Shown: positions 26,169 through 38,675 of the stretch, one piece after another
How positions within the stretch are numbered: position 1 is the stretch's first letter
Layout: every line of letters starts with the position of its first letter
NCBI GenBank assembly: GCA_964057225.1
Contig: OZ059896.1
Coordinates: 16,368,001-16,432,000, forward strand
From: Auanema rhodensis
Lineage: Eukaryota; Animalia; Nematoda
DNA: 64,000 bases
Direction of reading: 5' to 3'
The notes under the pieces: model-generated
What the model saw: only the letters and a program-made list of their open reading frames with translations
What the model was told of the DNA's origin: nothing
The model's database searches: none
Program-made: the position numbers and the translations under genes

Positions 26169-26527
26169 ATGAATGAGCCCGGTAAACCATCCACCAGTAT
26201 TCAAGACGAAGATGAAAAAGTATACTGCATATGCAGGTTGTTTCTATTTTTATGAATTTTTTTTCAAAATCTTTTTAGAACTAGGTATAAAAAGCATGAT
26301 TTTATGATTTCATGCGATAGATGTGGAGAGTGGTTTCACGGAGACTGTATTAAGGTTGTTTCCTTCTAAAAAACCTTTTCACACATCTCTTACAGATGAC
26401 GGAAGTATTTTCAATGAACGTCGATATTTATCACTGTGAGCCATGCTCTATAAAGTATAATGTTCCGCAACTTAAATATACCGCCGAGTAAGTTTCTAAG
26501 TTTGATTCAGTACAAGATATTCGTAAA

Positions 26528-26558
<31 letters not shown>

Positions 26559-28737
26559 TTAAATTTTTTTCCCAAAACAATTAATTTCCAATCAACCCAA
26601 AAACTTAATACGTAATTAGCATATGTAACTGTAAGATACTGTCACCTATTTCTTTATTTTGGGCCAAATTTTATTGTTTACATTTTCTAATAATTAATAG
26701 TTCACTGAGTATTCTAAGTACTTCATTGAAATTTATAAAATATTTTGTTTCAGATATCAAAGAGATTTAGATCGTGTACAACGAGAAAAAATAGAAGCAG
26801 GTATGATTTTTTCTTTTTTCTTTATTTTAAATTTTAATGTTCAAGATAAAGCTAGATGTGGTATGTGCATTGGATGTTATAGAACAGAAAAGTGTGGAAA
26901 GGTATACATGCTTATGCCCTATGTATCAGTTGCCTATCTTTCAGTGTGAACAGTGTTCAAGAGACCCCCCTGGTTTGTGTATACGATTGCGATGTGTTCA
27001 GTACGAAGCTAAAATGAAATCAGGTAATTCTTATATATAATTGATTTACTTTCGTAATTTTTTTATTAGCTGGTAGACCAAGAAGAGAAACTTCAAAACA
27101 AGTAGAAGAAGAGGATGATAAATCTAGATCTTTAAGAACTACTAATTCTCCGGAAAAATCTCGACGTGGAAGAAAGAAAGGATGGAAAAAAGATCAATCT
27201 GTAAGCACTACAAATCAAAATATTATGAGATTATTGTATTATTCAGAATGCTCCACCTGTACCTCCACCTCCGCCTCCTACTGCCCAAGAGTTGGTCGAA
27301 AAATCAAGAGTTCCACGCATCCCAGGTATCGTCTAGGTTGTATGTGCTAATTCTTATAACTTGTTTTAGAGTTAGAAAAGGAAATAGCTCATTACTCTTA
27401 TGAATCATACGGTGGACGTCGACGAGGAGCAGCTAAGAAGAAAGACGTGGCTACGGAGAATGATATGCCTCGACAATGTTTAGTGCGTTTTTTCAACTGA
27501 TTTGTCCTCAGCAATATTTAAATTCAGGAGCCAAATTGTGTGAATCAAGCACGGGAATCGAGTAAGTATTGTAGTGATGGCTGTGGATTACGCTTAGCAA
27601 AGGTATCATATTTTCTTTAATATGTTTTTATTGTTATATGTACAGACTCGATTAACATATATTTTGCCTGGCAGAGTTGAAGAATTTTGGCGAGTGCTAC
27701 CTGCAGCAGAGGTATGCAAGATTCTTTTTTTATCTAAACACAATTACTTTGTTCAGACAAGAAATAATTTGTGGGTAGAAGAATTGAATAACACTTGCGA
27801 TAACATTAATAATACAATTCATCAATTGTTGGATTTTTATCAGATGATAGTACGATATGTCAATGTATATCTCAAAGATTTATCTATTTTCTAATCTTTT
27901 GAATTTGTAGGCTCTGAAGAATGTTGATCCTATTGAAGAAGAGGATGAAACTTCTCATGAAACAGTATATCGCTTCCTCATTTTCGAAATAGTATTCTCC
28001 TTTACAGCTTGCTCACTGTACTGTATGTGGAGTTGAAATCAATTCCCGACAACTTGCTAAGCACGTCGAAAGATGTTTTGTACGATCTGAAAAACAAATC
28101 ACATTCGGTGCCCATCAATTGGTACTTTTTATCTTGAGATAGTTGAAAATGAGTGAAATCATTTTAGGCACAATATAACCCAAATGAACTTTTCTGTGAG
28201 GCTTACAATAAAACCAGTAAAACTTATTGTAAACGATTGAAAGTTATGTGTGCTGAGCACTACAAAGGAGAACTTGAAGCTTCATTGAAAGTATGTTTCT
28301 TTTTTGTATTGAGTTTTCTATTATCTTTCGTTCTTAAGGTTTGCGGTTGTCCAAAATACTTTTCTTCCAACGAAATGAAAAGTTTTACTGATATTTTCAC
28401 TGGCGAATGCAGCCTGTTAGAAGGTGGGTTCTGTACAAGCCCAAGGAAAGAATGTCATGCACATCATAGATGGCTACAGGTAGTATAATGAATCTTTAAT
28501 ATACTATAATATGAATACTGTTCAGTCCATTCTTGGCATAATTGAGAGTGAACGAATGAATTTATTAACCAAATTTGGAGAAGTAAATGAAAGAAAAACA
28601 ACTCTTGAAATATCCAATCAAAACCGAGGTGACGCCATATCATTGCTGTGCTGTCAAACGGTAGGAGAAAATAAAGAAGAACCAGATATATGATAGAAAA
28701 GTTTTAGACTGGCGTTGCAAACGATAAGGGCAGTTAA
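26169..28737 (+). CDS. cfp-1: CFP1/CXXC1 COMPASS subunit (PHD, CXXC, Cys-rich C-terminal SET1-interacting region)
   Basis: PHD VYCICR|TRYKKHDFMISCDRCGEWFHGDCIK|...IYHCEPC; CXXC RCGMCIGCYRTEKCGK|CEQC...CIRLRC; PRQCL|EPNCVNQARESSKYCSDGCGLRLAK; KHVERCF...LFCEAYNKTSKTYCKRLKVMCAEH; VCGCP...GFCTSPRKECHAHHRW; TAA 28735-28737. Confidence 0.92.
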
Positions 28738-28937
28738 TATAAATGTGAAATATACTGTCATAGCTAATTATTATCATTTGAACTAATGATCTACATTTTA
28801 CATTTCGAACTCACAATGCGCAGGAATTATTGACATAATACGTGGCAATGGCAATGTGGAGAGTTTTCTCTATACTATTCAGCATTACATGTATGAGGAT
28901 ATCACTTACATATTCATTTCGTACTATTTATACCTCA

Positions 28938-29046
28938 AATAAACTTTTTAATATCTATGTATTTTGTTTACGATTAGATCTTTTTTCAAAACAACAATAT
29001 CTTCAATATAAATTTAAATGTTTAATCTTAGTTGTAGGATTAATAG
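28938..29046 (+). promoter_or_regulatory. Operon-type intercistronic region cfp-1/pmm-2
   Basis: AATAAA 28938-28943, U-rich stretch, acceptor TTAATAG ending at 29046, ATG at 29054; ~100 nt spacing typical of SL2 operons. Confidence 0.7.
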
Positions 29047-29053
29047 GGGTAAA

Positions 29054-30215
29054 ATGACTAAGGCCATTTTTGTCTTTGATGTTGATGGAACATTAACACC
29101 ATGTAGACAGGTGTTGTATCTCCATTTATTCTAATACTTTAAAGTTAATATTCAGAAAATCGACAAAGAAATGTATGATTTTATGCAAAATCTTCGTAAG
29201 TCGTATCCTGTAGCTATTGTTGGTGGTTCTGACATTAATAAAATTGCTGAACAGCTGTCTGATAATGTTGAAACACGTAAGCACTTCTATTCAAGTTTTT
29301 CATATTTTTTGTTTTTTAGTTGTCACAGAATACGAGTATGTTTTTGGTGAAAATGGGCTAATTGCTTTCCAAGGAGAGAAGCAATTCAAATCTCATGTAA
29401 GAATTCTCTATATTAGTTTTTAATAAGTTCGTTTTCAGACTATCCAAGAGAAACTAGGAGAACAAAATTTACAGAAGCTGATTAATTTTACCTTAGCTTA
29501 TTTCTCTAAATTGACGCTTCCAGTTAAGAGAGGGACTTTTGTCGAGTTCAGAAAGGTTGTTCTGACTTTTAAGCTTACAATTTAAATTAAACTCTCCAGG
29601 GAATGTTGAACCTTTCACCCATTGGAAGAAGTTGCTCTCAGCAAGAACGTGATGACTTCGTTGTTTTTGACCGAGAAAACAAAATTCGTGAGACATTTGT
29701 CGAGGCTTTGCAAAAGGAATTCAGCGAAATTGGATTTACTTTTGCCATAGGTTTGTGTTCTTTCTTGATGGTTTTACTTATATAATTAGTAAACTTATTT
29801 TAATTGAAAACAAAGATTCAACTGGTAAGTGCGTAATGTATTGTTTTAATATAAAAGATTTTTTGTTGATTTGTTTAGGCATGTTTCATTTCTATTTTTC
29901 ATTGATCTTTTTTGAAAGAAAAATGTTGCAGGTGGCCAAATCAGTGTGGATGCTTATCCTAACGGATGGGACAAAACGTTTTGTTTACAATATTTTGCCG
30001 ATCAATATGACGAAATTCATTTCTTTGGTGATAGAACAGCTCCGGTTAGATCTAATTTCAGACAAAAAAATTAAATTGAGTTTTAGGGAGGAAACGATCA
30101 CGCAATCTTTGTTGACTCCAGAACAATAGGACACACGGTTGTTGGGCCAGCCGATACCAGACGTCAAGTGACGGATGTTATCACCGGACTAACCGTACAG
30201 AACAAAAATATTTAA
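29054..30215 (+). CDS. pmm-2: Phosphomannomutase (HAD family, PMM2)
   Basis: [44 protein letters not shown]|[21 protein letters not shown]|[31 protein letters not shown]; TAA 30213-30215. Confidence 0.96.
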
Positions 30216-32599
30216 TTTATTATTTATCATAAATCATTTAACTGAATGGTTTATTTATATAGCCTTTGTGATATTATAAGTGACAGAGTTTTTTTTTAAT
30301 GAACCTGTCGTATAGGCGGTCTTCTTTAAATAAAAATAGAAAATTCAATATATGTTTTCCAACTTTTTATTGAAAAAATATTTTTATGCTCTTTCTTAAT
30401 AATACTTGATCTTATGTTTGAGATTCAATTGTAATATTTTTATTTCATATAGAATGCCAACCTATGACGTGACGCAGTTGTCATCGTTGTGTACTATTGT
30501 AATTTTGGTTTTGTTGTTTGAGAGCATTATCTAAATTCAGTCATAGATATCACTTCTTAAATACTTATTCCCTTTTTTGAGAATCCCAGTAATATGTACA
30601 ACCTAAGATAATCCTAGTAGAACATTAATTCAAGTTTGGAATGAAGTCAATGTATTTGAATAGGTAATTGAGTGATGATTCTCATTCAGATTATCTCACG
30701 ATTTGTAGTTTATGGGCTCAAATGTCACAAGAATTTGATGAAGATTTTAATCGAGAAGAACAGGAAGCCGGAATGAGGACGAATTTACGACACATAGCAC
30801 TACATAAATCAGGCTAGATTTAGACTACGCGGGAAGTCGTTAACAATATGAGTAATGAGCAGGTAGAAGACACAAATAAAGGTTAGTCCTGCTTGAGTGT
30901 GCATGAGAACTGAGAGAGCGAATAGAGGACACAATCTAATCGACTCTCCTCAGGTGCACCCTTTAGTAGTTGTAATTGGAGCTGATACATGAGGCTCGTG
31001 TACTGTCTTATATAGAGCTGTCTAAGCTAGATGAATATGGCCTGAAACATGTAATTACCTGATAATTAGTCTGAAACTTCTAAGGTCATCAATTTGCAGA
31101 ATATGCAGAGAATCTCATTTTTCAACAGACGGTTGTTTGAAAATGGAGGAAGAACAAGCAGGTGTCCACGAAAATTAAAATTAGCTTTTCTTTTTCTTCG
31201 TCTAAAACGCAAAAGCCTTCATTTTGAACGACAAATGAATATGTCAAGCAATTTTGTTTTTTTCTTTCTATCTTGCAACAATCAAAATACTATAAACGGA
31301 TATTTGGTCGTTGAAAGTGTTAGAATGACTCATTGTCTTCCCATTGCATGTGGATGCCCTTTCAAGGCCATAGTGCTCGACCATATTTTTTGATTTTTTT
31401 TGTTGTAATTTAGCTGAGAACCGAACCCATACATACATGTCCGCCGGAAGGAAAGATGCTGCACGATAACATACGGATATTGCCCATCGTTTTGATGTTC
31501 TGCTACCAGCCAGATGTTAGTTTGAAGCTTACACTTCCTGACAAATATCCTAATAAGCCTTTGAATGGAATGTGATTGAGAATCTGACGAAAGCGGCGAC
31601 CGCTGCGTTTTTGAGTATTATTATCAGTTTTCTCTCAATTTGAAGGCATATGTCATAAACACAGCTTCAATATGGCTAAGCTCTGTTAGCAATTAAGCTG
31701 TGAAATGAGAATATAGGCATGAGATCAGAGAGGGTTTTCATTGTATTTCAGATATGTGTAGATACATATATGTGAATATATATATTTATATTTACACAAT
31801 ATATTGGTGATTGAACCACATTTAATTTGCTTTTTACTTTGTAAAGCCTGCTGGCCTAATATACATTCACCTCCAACAAGTAGAAATGTTGCAATAAGTA
31901 CGACCCAAAGTTTGACATACTTTTTTCCGTCACTAGCATCTATTATTTGCATATTTTACTTCAAAATAAAGATTTATTTGACATCATTTTACTAATTTAG
32001 TAATACTATATCCACTGTAAGTTAGTATCCAATCGTTTATACCCATATATGTCTACGTTGACCCTTGCGTAACAATGTCGTTTCAGTATAGTTTGTTTAC
32101 TATGAAATAGCAATCCTGTAGTTTGATGGCCCCTGCTGTTGTTAATGATGCTAACTGACCACTATCTATATAAAACGTTGATATGTATGAATATTTTGTT
32201 AATTTCCTGGCTTCTGTATATCAAGTAACCACCTAATTTGTCCAGTATTTGTCACTTTATCTTTTTCAATAACAATAGAATTTCAAATAAATACAGGAAA
32301 CGACTAAAAAGAACATATCTATTTTGTAGTTTATAGAACCAATAAGTCCGACTTTTTTTGGCAAAAAATATCACAATCTACACAAAAAAAAACGGAATGA
32401 AAACCATGTGGTGGGAGGTTTTAAAACGCTTGTCTCATAAACCAAATTACATTGATCTGAAATAAAAGAAACAGAAAAATCAAACCTTACACTGTACATT
32501 AAAAGATGCCAGTTTTCATTATCTTTATTTGAGGAAACGATAATAAAAAGAATAATAATAATAAATGTCTAATAGCATTCATTAATTTATCTTCTTTTT

Positions 32600-33090
32600 C
32601 GTGTTGCCCGTCATCTCACTCTTGATTTGCTTCTTCTCTCGCTTCTCCGTTACCTTCATTTTTGACTACCGTCTGGGTCTTGATGGCGATCGTTTATCAA
32701 GCAGAACAAACATTTCATGTCCAAGGTCTTTTTGTCTTCAAGAAAGCTTCATTCACAACATGTTGGACATGTTAAGATGACTGAAAAACTTGAAATATTT
32801 CACTGTTTGAGCTCTTGTATATGAATGACAAGCCATAAACGCATTTGATCGTAACCTGTAGACCAACATCAATACAAATCAAAACGCTTCGCAGCCTATT
32901 CAGAAATTTCAACCATTCTTGTCAGTCGTCTCTTCCTCATACTACTTTGTCGTTGCCTTCATCATCTCCCATATTTGTGTTTGATTCTCACAACAAAAGA
33001 CACATCTCATCCAATACATCGCCTTGTCTTCAGCCTCCTAACTCTTACAATTTTTCCTCAAAATGCAACTGATAACATCATTTGGTAAAG
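32600..33090 (-). mobile_element. Decayed LINE reverse-transcriptase fragment
   Basis: Minus strand ordered motifs G*RQGDVL, (Y)xxDD-like GRDD, VGLQVTIK, VKYFKFFS, matching GLRQGD / YADD / GLxINxxK / VxxFKYLG. Confidence 0.55.
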
Positions 33091-33892
33091 GCAGTGATTC
33101 TATATATTTTTACAAACATTTTAATTTAAATCTCCCGTTTACACGTTTTTCCATCAATAATGAGCAATAATATATATATCTAATTGTTTCTTTCTATTTC
33201 TTAAGAACTTTTTTCGACATGTACATCCGCTATATTCACTCCTATATATAGCCTCGAATGGATAACAAAAACCCTACATAGCCTATTACTCACTTCATCG
33301 AATGTCAATGAAAAAGGCCAGAAACTGAGGTGAAATACGGTTTATTCTTAATTTTTCACTGATTTTAATAGTTCATAGCTAATCCGACATGTTCATTTGT
33401 TTGTGAACAATTTTGCCATTTTTGTCGTCTACAAAATCGTTTTTATATATCAAATATCAAGAGTAATCGGAGTTATATTTCATAAAATATAGCTTTACTT
33501 ACTATTTTTTAAATTTGTTTGTCAAAAAATTCGTTAAAATCATTTTGTCGTGTCTCTCTTTCTTCTGTTCGGTATGCACTGACTGCATTTGCAGTAAAAA
33601 ATATTTCGTGGAGTCCCTATGCATGTAATAGCTTCGATCTTGTCATATTTCTATCCACAAATCACTATAATCTTTCCTTGTTTTCTTTTTTTTTATTCAA
33701 AAACTACACGCTGATTATTCTCATCTCATCGTTTCCATGGTTTCAACATCATTTTCCCATCACTTTATGCATTTCATTTCATTTTCTCATTCTGTGTTTT
33801 CATATCCTTCTCTATTTCTCGTAATTCTTTGTTTTAAACCTTAATTCACAATTCAATTTCCGATATTGATGTAAAAATCCATTAGACGTAGG

Positions 33893-33917
33893 TATATATA
33901 TATATATATATATATAT
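33893..33917. repeat. (TA)n microsatellite
   Basis: Direct reading. Confidence 0.9.
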
Positions 33918-34389
33918 GTTATCAACATTATTATTATAGTTTTAAATTTATTATTTCAACAAAATGCTTTCCTCTTTGCACATCGTCATGCCATTTCCTT
34001 CTCTTTTTCATTGTTTTCGCATACTGTCCTTTCCCTATCTCGCTTGTCTTCTTTTTGTTTCTATGTTCATTTTAACTTTTTTTTACCACAAAATCAATTT
34101 ACATTGTATTATATTAAACAAATATTCCTTCATTATATTCACACTTTTACTATTTCAATGTTATTCATATGATTAACACTCATATTATCCATTTCATACA
34201 ATTTCCTGTTAACTAGAACGTATGCCAGTAGCATGTGAACGGTGTCATCAGCAGGTGATCATAGCCATCCACCAGCTATTATCAGGATGATGAGCATGCT
34301 CCTACAAGCAGTTTACGGAGACGTCAAGACCATCTGCTAAGGCTTAAGTCCTAAATTACTTAGAATTTAATAATTTCTAATCTCTTCTT

Positions 34390-34720
34390 GACTAAGACAG
34401 CTGCCTAACTTTATCTGGTATGGAAATCATACAGTTACTATCTAAGGACTCAATATCCCCAGCGTTCTTTATTTTTTGGATTTTACTTCTGATTCCTCTA
34501 TGCGGTAAAGCGATATAATCCTTGGCTATTCGATCTGCAATCTCAAAGAAGTGAGAAGTTAATTTGAGAAAAAATATAAAAAAGAGTCCGCATCTGTTAA
34601 TTCCCATACGATTTCGAAAAAATCTTATTTTCTTGCCCACATCTGAGACATTCTACCGCAATACTGATAATCCACGAAAGCGCAACACAGGCTTCCTGCT
34701 GTGCTTCTCAACGGTAGGTA
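34390..34720 (-). mobile_element. hAT transposase C-terminal dimerisation-domain relic
   Basis: ORF 34392-34640: EIADRIAKDYIALPHRGIRS.....NAGDIESLDSNCM....VRQL resembles PxLxxIARxYLAIPxTSVxSERxFSxAGxIxxxxRNxLxxxxVxQL. Confidence 0.5.
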
Positions 34721-36549
34721 CCTGAAAACTGAAGGTGTGAATTGTGATTTCGGTATGCACAGCAGTGATCTAGCTAATTATCCAAAAGGACCTTTGAGTT
34801 AATTTAATTGAAAAAAGCAACTAAAAATAGATTAAATAACTAACCCCTATTTCATTTTTATTTTCAATAACCTTCATTTACGATCATATTTAAGCATTCA
34901 TAAGATACAAAGAAGACTAAATACATAGTGGATGTAGGTAAAATATAGAGAAATTGGATATTTGAGATAGTTTATGAACATATTATGAAAAAAACTGATT
35001 CATCATTAAGTCGTAAATCAACAAAGGCTTTCGGATTATGAGATAAGACCAATCACAAGTTTCTAATCTTACATGAGTAAATGATGAATCGATTTTCATT
35101 TTATGTGGAATAGATAGTATGAACAGTTATTTTTTTTTTAATTAACCTTAATATCGTTATTATAATGAAAAGAAATATAACAATTCTTTTAGTTATTTTA
35201 ACTATTTTTAATTAATAAAGAGAAAAACTATTGCCTTAACCTCTTAACGGACGGTTGAAATCAGAGAAAACAAATAAAAATCTAAATTTTCTTCTTTTAG
35301 AGCTTATTTCAATAATGCTTATATATCTTCTAGTCGTTTGTGTTCATTATTTGAAATTTTACATATCAAGTTACCCAAAATGAGGCAAGCTAGTGTGAAA
35401 TAATAGAATTTGGGCGAGAAATGACCAGAATTTCAGCTTAGATCAATGAGGTGAGCAAGCAACTAGAACTTAAGCATCAAGTTCTATTCTAATCATAACA
35501 GTATTGTTTAGTTAATACTTATTCTTTGTCTTCAGTCTCTTTATTCTTCTGTTGCATTTTCGTCAACTATTTTGTCGTTTAATTCACTTTTAGAGCATAG
35601 CACACAATCTTTACTTTTTTTTGCAACTTTTCAAAACAATTTGTAAATAACTGCATGGTGCCTTCCTAGCAATAACTCTTGTTCCTCACATATTCGTGCT
35701 GTGCATTAACTCTGGTTTCTGCGAACACAAATTAATCTTGCTGTGGCTTTTGAACGGCTTTTGCACAACGACGTTCATGATTGAAGAAGTTTATGACAAA
35801 CGCGTGTCTTGCTCATAATTCAGAAATGCGGTATACACATGCTATCTTAAACCTTTTACCCCCGCTTGTTCACTACCATAGTGATAACACTGATCGTTCT
35901 TGTCCATATGTGCATGTGTGTCTCTCTCTTATTCTTTTATATTTCTGTCTCTCTCTTGATTTATCTTTTTTATTTTGCTGTTACTCTGCCTCGTATTCCC
36001 TCTCTCAATCCGTCGCGTAAACATTAGCAGAGGTAGGAACAACTATGATATTTATGGACAGCCAAGCTTTTAATGACCGCCGCTTCTCCTCCCCCTCTAC
36101 AACCATATCGAACATTAATGGTTAGCAGATACATATGGAGTTACATTGGTAATACGTCATTCAAATAACAGTCCATTTAAATATTGTTCCTTTCATAATT
36201 AGTATAATGATACGTAATAGATATGTGATCTATTGAAAACTTTATTTCAAGTTTGTACGCCCACTTGCGTCTCAATGAATACTTCCGGTCTTGTTGAAAT
36301 TTAATTGTTTAACTTTTTTTTACTTCATATTTTTGCATCAGTCCAATTTTTTCTTTTATTTTACTTAGTATTGTTAAAACTAAATATAACGTTATACCAT
36401 TATTATTTTTGCATTCTAATATTTTCCTTCTTTTATTTGGGCTGAAATAATATTCAATCCCAAAATCGAACATGAAATAGGTCTCTTAATTGTCTTTTTT
36501 TCTCTATTCACGTTTTACTAGCTCATTGCATTTCTTTATCTATACTTTG

Positions 36550-38370
36550 AGGTGTTGAATCAAAATTATTTCTATTCTTGTGGACTATGTTTTGCCTGAT
36601 GAATGCTCATATTATGAATGGTAGGAATTCATGTCTCCAGATAGATGCCAACACACGTATATTATGCTAATGAGACAGCACATCGTATTGTTGAATACAA
36701 GACTAAGATCTATTCTTCAGATGTTCTGTAGCATTTCTATTCATCAGGTGAATAGCAGTAGTAAAGAGATATATTTTCTGGCTCAACTAGTTCAGATCGA
36801 ACATTTTTTCATAATAATTCATTTTTCCTTCTTTCTATGATACCAATATGTACTTTGTAGCTTGAAGGATTTTTCTTCTTTCTTCACTTTTTTTTCCTGT
36901 TCAACTGCCCTGAACACAACATCACAAAAATCTTGATAATGGCTTTCTTTGTGTTTGTCGCCTAATACTTAGTTTTTATTTATAATTTGGCATCATTTTC
37001 TTTTTTCTACCCTTCAACTCAGCCGTAATACTATTATATGTTTGTATGCGGAATTTGTTTTGAAAAACGGTGGTCTTTTCCTAGCTTGCCTTCTTTCGTA
37101 CTTCATCCAACTCATTCTGCTAAACACCTTTTGGTTTTGTCTGCATTTGCAAGCAGAAATGCAATGAGGTGAAATAATATCCGATGGATGAGTCTTGTTC
37201 AGTTTTGTGGTTTATATTTCTCTTTTGTTTTCATTTCTTCGCATAGAAATAAATCTCACTTATGGATTACTGAAACTTCTTGACAACGAACAAGTGTCTG
37301 AATTCAATCTCCGATTACTAATTCTGACTATGCTTCTGCATCAAGAGTACTATTATCACCTGCCAGACTGCTGCGACTTATGCAAATGTTTTTGTTGATC
37401 TCCTTCTGGTTCATAGCCTTCTATTACTGATTCGGTCAATGTACTTGTGTATTATATTAATATCTTCATAAGGAGGATATGAGAGGATTAATTTTGCTAT
37501 CATTAGCATATTTCTTAATTTCTAATATTATATGCCACTTATAAATTATATTGTGATTTCTCATATGCTCGTCCTTTCTAGAAATAAATTAATACATCAT
37601 TCAGCATTAACTAGAAACTCGACCATATTACAATTCAACTTGTACTGCTTATAGCTTGTTTCGTTTTGATTTGCTCTCGTTGATGATTCAATTTTGTAAA
37701 TATTCTACACGGCTTCCTTTCCTGTAAAAAAACATGTAAGCACAACGACGTATAAATTATTGAACCCGAGCTGGTCATATCCACTTCAAAAATCATTCTG
37801 AAACTTCTCATTCAATTTCCGTCAAGTTGTTGGTCTTCTACTTATTTTCACTTCTTATGTACATACTTATTGCGTCGTAAGGCTTCTTGAAGTTGATTCC
37901 ATTTTTAGACACTTCTTTGAGTCTTTCTCATACTTTTTGAAGGAATTGCAGCATCGACAACTTTAGCTAAGTTACCTAAATCCAGATCCTATCCGGTTTT
38001 ATTTTCTCTGGCTTGTTATATTGTCCTTATATAGCTCATTTGCATACATTCACGGTTTTCACGCGAAGTTACGCTATTCTGAGTTATTTTCATTAATCTT
38101 TCACAACCGAGTTTTTGCTTTCATATTTTCTAGCAATTTCAGCAACCTGCATTTTTTATTGAAACTTGGTTATACATGATGAGCCCATTAATTTACACAT
38201 GTTTTCTTTTTTTGCAATTAGTTGTCACCTATCCAAATATCTTTGGGGTGTTTTTTCCACACTCCTGGGCTTATACTCTCGAGGTATTATAGCAACTCTG
38301 TTGACACCTTGTATGCAGTGTTGCATTGTTCACTCTGCTAGATTTATAACCTTAGGTTTTACTTCCTGAC
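36550..38370 (-). mobile_element. Decayed LINE (non-LTR) RT region upstream of vab-2
   Basis: Minus strand ordered motifs SGFR*LS*SC (~37970), INFKKPYDAI (~37870-37900; cf. IDFKKAYDSI), IKKYANDSKI (~37500; cf. YADD), VVKKFQ (~37280). Confidence 0.6.
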
Positions 38371-38374
38371 AGTT

Positions 38375-38480
38375 TTTTCTCCGCCCAGTTTTGCCCCTAA
38401 ATTGGTAAACCATGGCTGCCATCGGCATAGTGGAGGCGGGGCGCAGAGGCCACGAAGGGAGGAGAGGCGTGGTCAACGAA
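38375..38480 (+). promoter_or_regulatory. GC-box promoter of vab-2
   Basis: CCGCCC, GGAGGCGGGGCG, GAGGCGTGG (Sp/KLF-type) followed by a T-rich outron and TTTTCAG acceptor (38673) two bases before ATG. Confidence 0.5.
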
Positions 38481-38675
38481 CAGGCTCTACTCGACAAGTC
38501 CATTTATCTTCTGCAATCATCGGGTCAATATTGCTCTGTTAGAAGATCACTAATTTTTTCTATTTGTTTGTTCTTTTTATTTTGTTTTTTTTTTCTGAAA
38601 TAATTTCTTTTTTTCTCATTATCTTAGTGACTTTAATTTTGCTTTTCGATTATTTTATCTTTTGTTTTTTCAGCC

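Noticed and set aside
34335-34356. Telomere-like TAAGGC/TTAAGT words (possible DNA-elimination site)
   Set aside because: No tandem TTAGGC array or clear palindromic break motif.
35365-35392. TTACCCAAAATGAGG resembling the SL1 leader
   Set aside because: Only a short partial match; no GGTTTAA start, donor, Sm site or SL RNA structure.
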